A stretch of DNA of 64,000 nt from Eledone cirrhosa. Taxonomy: Eukaryota. The stretch spans positions 72 to 64,071 of the forward strand of contig CAXHJY010001334.1 of assembly GCA_964016885.1 (NCBI GenBank), read 5' to 3'. Position 1 is the stretch's first letter; each line of letters opens with the position of its first letter. Position numbers and translations under genes: made by a program. Shown piece after piece: positions 62,293 to 64,000 of the stretch. Under the pieces are notes generated by a model. That model saw nothing but the letters and a program-made list of their open reading frames with translations, did not search any database and was not told where the DNA came from.

Positions 62293-62488
62293 TTAAGGAG
62301 ATCTAATATGGAAGTTAAGTATGGCTGCAGCTATATGGTCAACAGAAGGATCATTGCTATCCGTTAGCGTCGGATGTTTGTAATCCAATAGGAAGTATGG
62401 AATTCCGGGAATGTGTTCCGGGAATCCGCGTGGCAGATCATCTTGGGATCGTGGCGAAAATTCGAACCCGGGAGTTTCTTTCAACAAC
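62293..62488 (-). CDS. Putative terminal exon of an unidentified convergent gene
   Basis: Acceptor tttgtctattttccag, then open frame LLKETPGFEFSPRSQDDLPRGFPEHIPGIPYFLLDY...IRSP*; raised GC. Confidence 0.5.
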
Positions 62489-62549
62489 CTGGAAAATAGA
62501 CAAATATATAATATATATATATATAACAGTGATAAATGATCTCTTTCGA

Positions 62550-62912
62550 TTATTACTGATTATGGGTTGACTCTTGGAAAGGCTCTCTCCCCTCCTTTCG
62601 GTCATGAATGATCATGGGATTTGCACCTAGAATGTCCCCTCTGAGGCACACGCCAGGAGAAGGTCTTTTTATTTTAAAGACTAGTAGTCGCTCATACATA
62701 CAAGCCCCCCCACTCCACGCCACCGCTGTTCTCCAAAGGAAAGGAAACGTCCGATACAGCTTGGCACCAGTGACATCGCAACTCATTTCTGCAGCTGAGT
62801 GAATTGTAAAAGTAAAGTGTCTTGCTGAAAGACACAACGCATTGCCCAATCCGGTAATCGAACTCAAACCCACAATTGAGAATCCAACACCCCAACCACT
62901 AAGCTATGCACC
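62550..62912 (-). mobile_element. tRNA-headed SINE
   Basis: Head TAGCTTAGTGG...GAGTTCGATT, then TTGTGTCTTTCAGCAAGACACTTTACTT; related plus-strand copy near 26720-27020. Confidence 0.65.
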
Positions 62913-62969
62913 TTCACAAAACGCACGCTAATTAACGTTTGCTATTCTCACTACTCCACACACACACAC

Positions 62970-63024
62970 CGTTCAGCTGATTGACTGGAGGGACAACATT
63001 TTCCTCCCCATCCTAAATTTCGTC
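62970..63024 (-). CDS. Putative 55 bp penultimate exon of the same gene
   Basis: Pyrimidine tract ..ttctttacgttccag and donor GT; RNLGWGGKCCPSSQSAE(R) joins in phase with 62488. Confidence 0.45.
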
Positions 63025-64000
63025 CTGGAACGTAAAGAAGGTGATGAAAGATTTGCTGAAGAAAAAAATGTCTTCAGTTCTTTTCAGTGTTGTCAACCAG
63101 ACAATCTTTTTCGTGATGGTCACCAGACAGCAGCGAAGAGATCCTAGAAGTCGTATCTTCCCTACACAAGAGAATAACTGTTCAACATTAACTATCAACC
63201 ACAAGCATCACCACCACCATTATCATCACCAACACCACCACAATCAAAAACATCACCACCACCATCACCACCATTATCATCACCACCACCATTACTATCA
63301 GCAACATCATTATCGGCGCCACCATCACTATAACCACAATCTCTCTTTTTCTTTATCTATCTTTCTTTTCTTTTCTTTCCTGTCTGACTCTGTACCTTCG
63401 CCCCCCTCTCTCCCTACCATCGCTCCATCCATTCTTTTCATTCTTCACGATGACTACATCTTTACATATCCATTTCTGCTGCTCTAATAGGTCTACACAC
63501 GCACACACACACGCATTGACACTTACATAGACATACACATACACACACACATGTATATTGATAGAAAACGGGGAAAAATGGATGAAAGAAAAAGCAATAG
63601 AATCACACACACACAGAAACACGCAGAAACACACACACACAGAGACACGCAGAAACACACACAGAAACTCATACACATACATTTATATAGTTAGAGAATG
63701 AAAGACAGAGACAAATGGGGAGAGAGATAGATAGAGAGAGAGAGGTGTATGAGAGAAGACGGGGTGTTTTTTGGCTAAAAGTTCACCTTCAAATCTATGG
63801 AATCCGACTATAGTTTAAAAAACGAACTGGAGATAATTATAAACATTCCAAAAGGAGAGAGTGGGAGAGTTGAAGAGAGGCTGTGGGAGAGAGGGAGAGA
63901 GAATTCCATCACAGCTTACCATCTCCCCGTCACCACTTCTACTGGTGCCACCGCTACCACCTCTAATACCTCTACCAACACTACTACATCAACACATCCA

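Overview
Eukaryotic, very AT-rich genomic DNA. The SINE, RTE and Helitron repertoire looks like a coleoid cephalopod (Octopus-like), which is inference, not a database result. The main host gene is the 3' half of a plus-strand ABCC/MRP1-like ABC transporter: 17 phase-consistent GT-AG exons from 19166 to the stop at 44978, covering NBD1, linker, TMD2 and NBD2. Upstream of it lies an apparent intron of at least 19 kb made of (TA)n microsatellite with nested retroelements. These are two CR1/L2-group LINEs, a pair of ~400 bp non-coding retroposons, a hammerhead-containing non-autonomous element, and a Penelope-like RT/GIY-YIG element with a 1.33 kb inverted duplication. Other introns hold an RTE LINE with a PHD finger, SINEs, Helitron fragments, a mariner MITE and minisatellites. 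Downstream are a decayed Buster-type hAT transposon and two putative exons of a convergent gene. The most notable feature is a tandem array of a highly structured 310 bp unit (55663-56750) with a minimal hammerhead ribozyme at each unit junction, i.e. a candidate retrozyme/circRNA-producing locus. Related hammerhead elements and a possible Penelope-like mobiliser lie in the same window. All long Tyr/Ile-rich ORFs in the ORF track are microsatellite artefacts.
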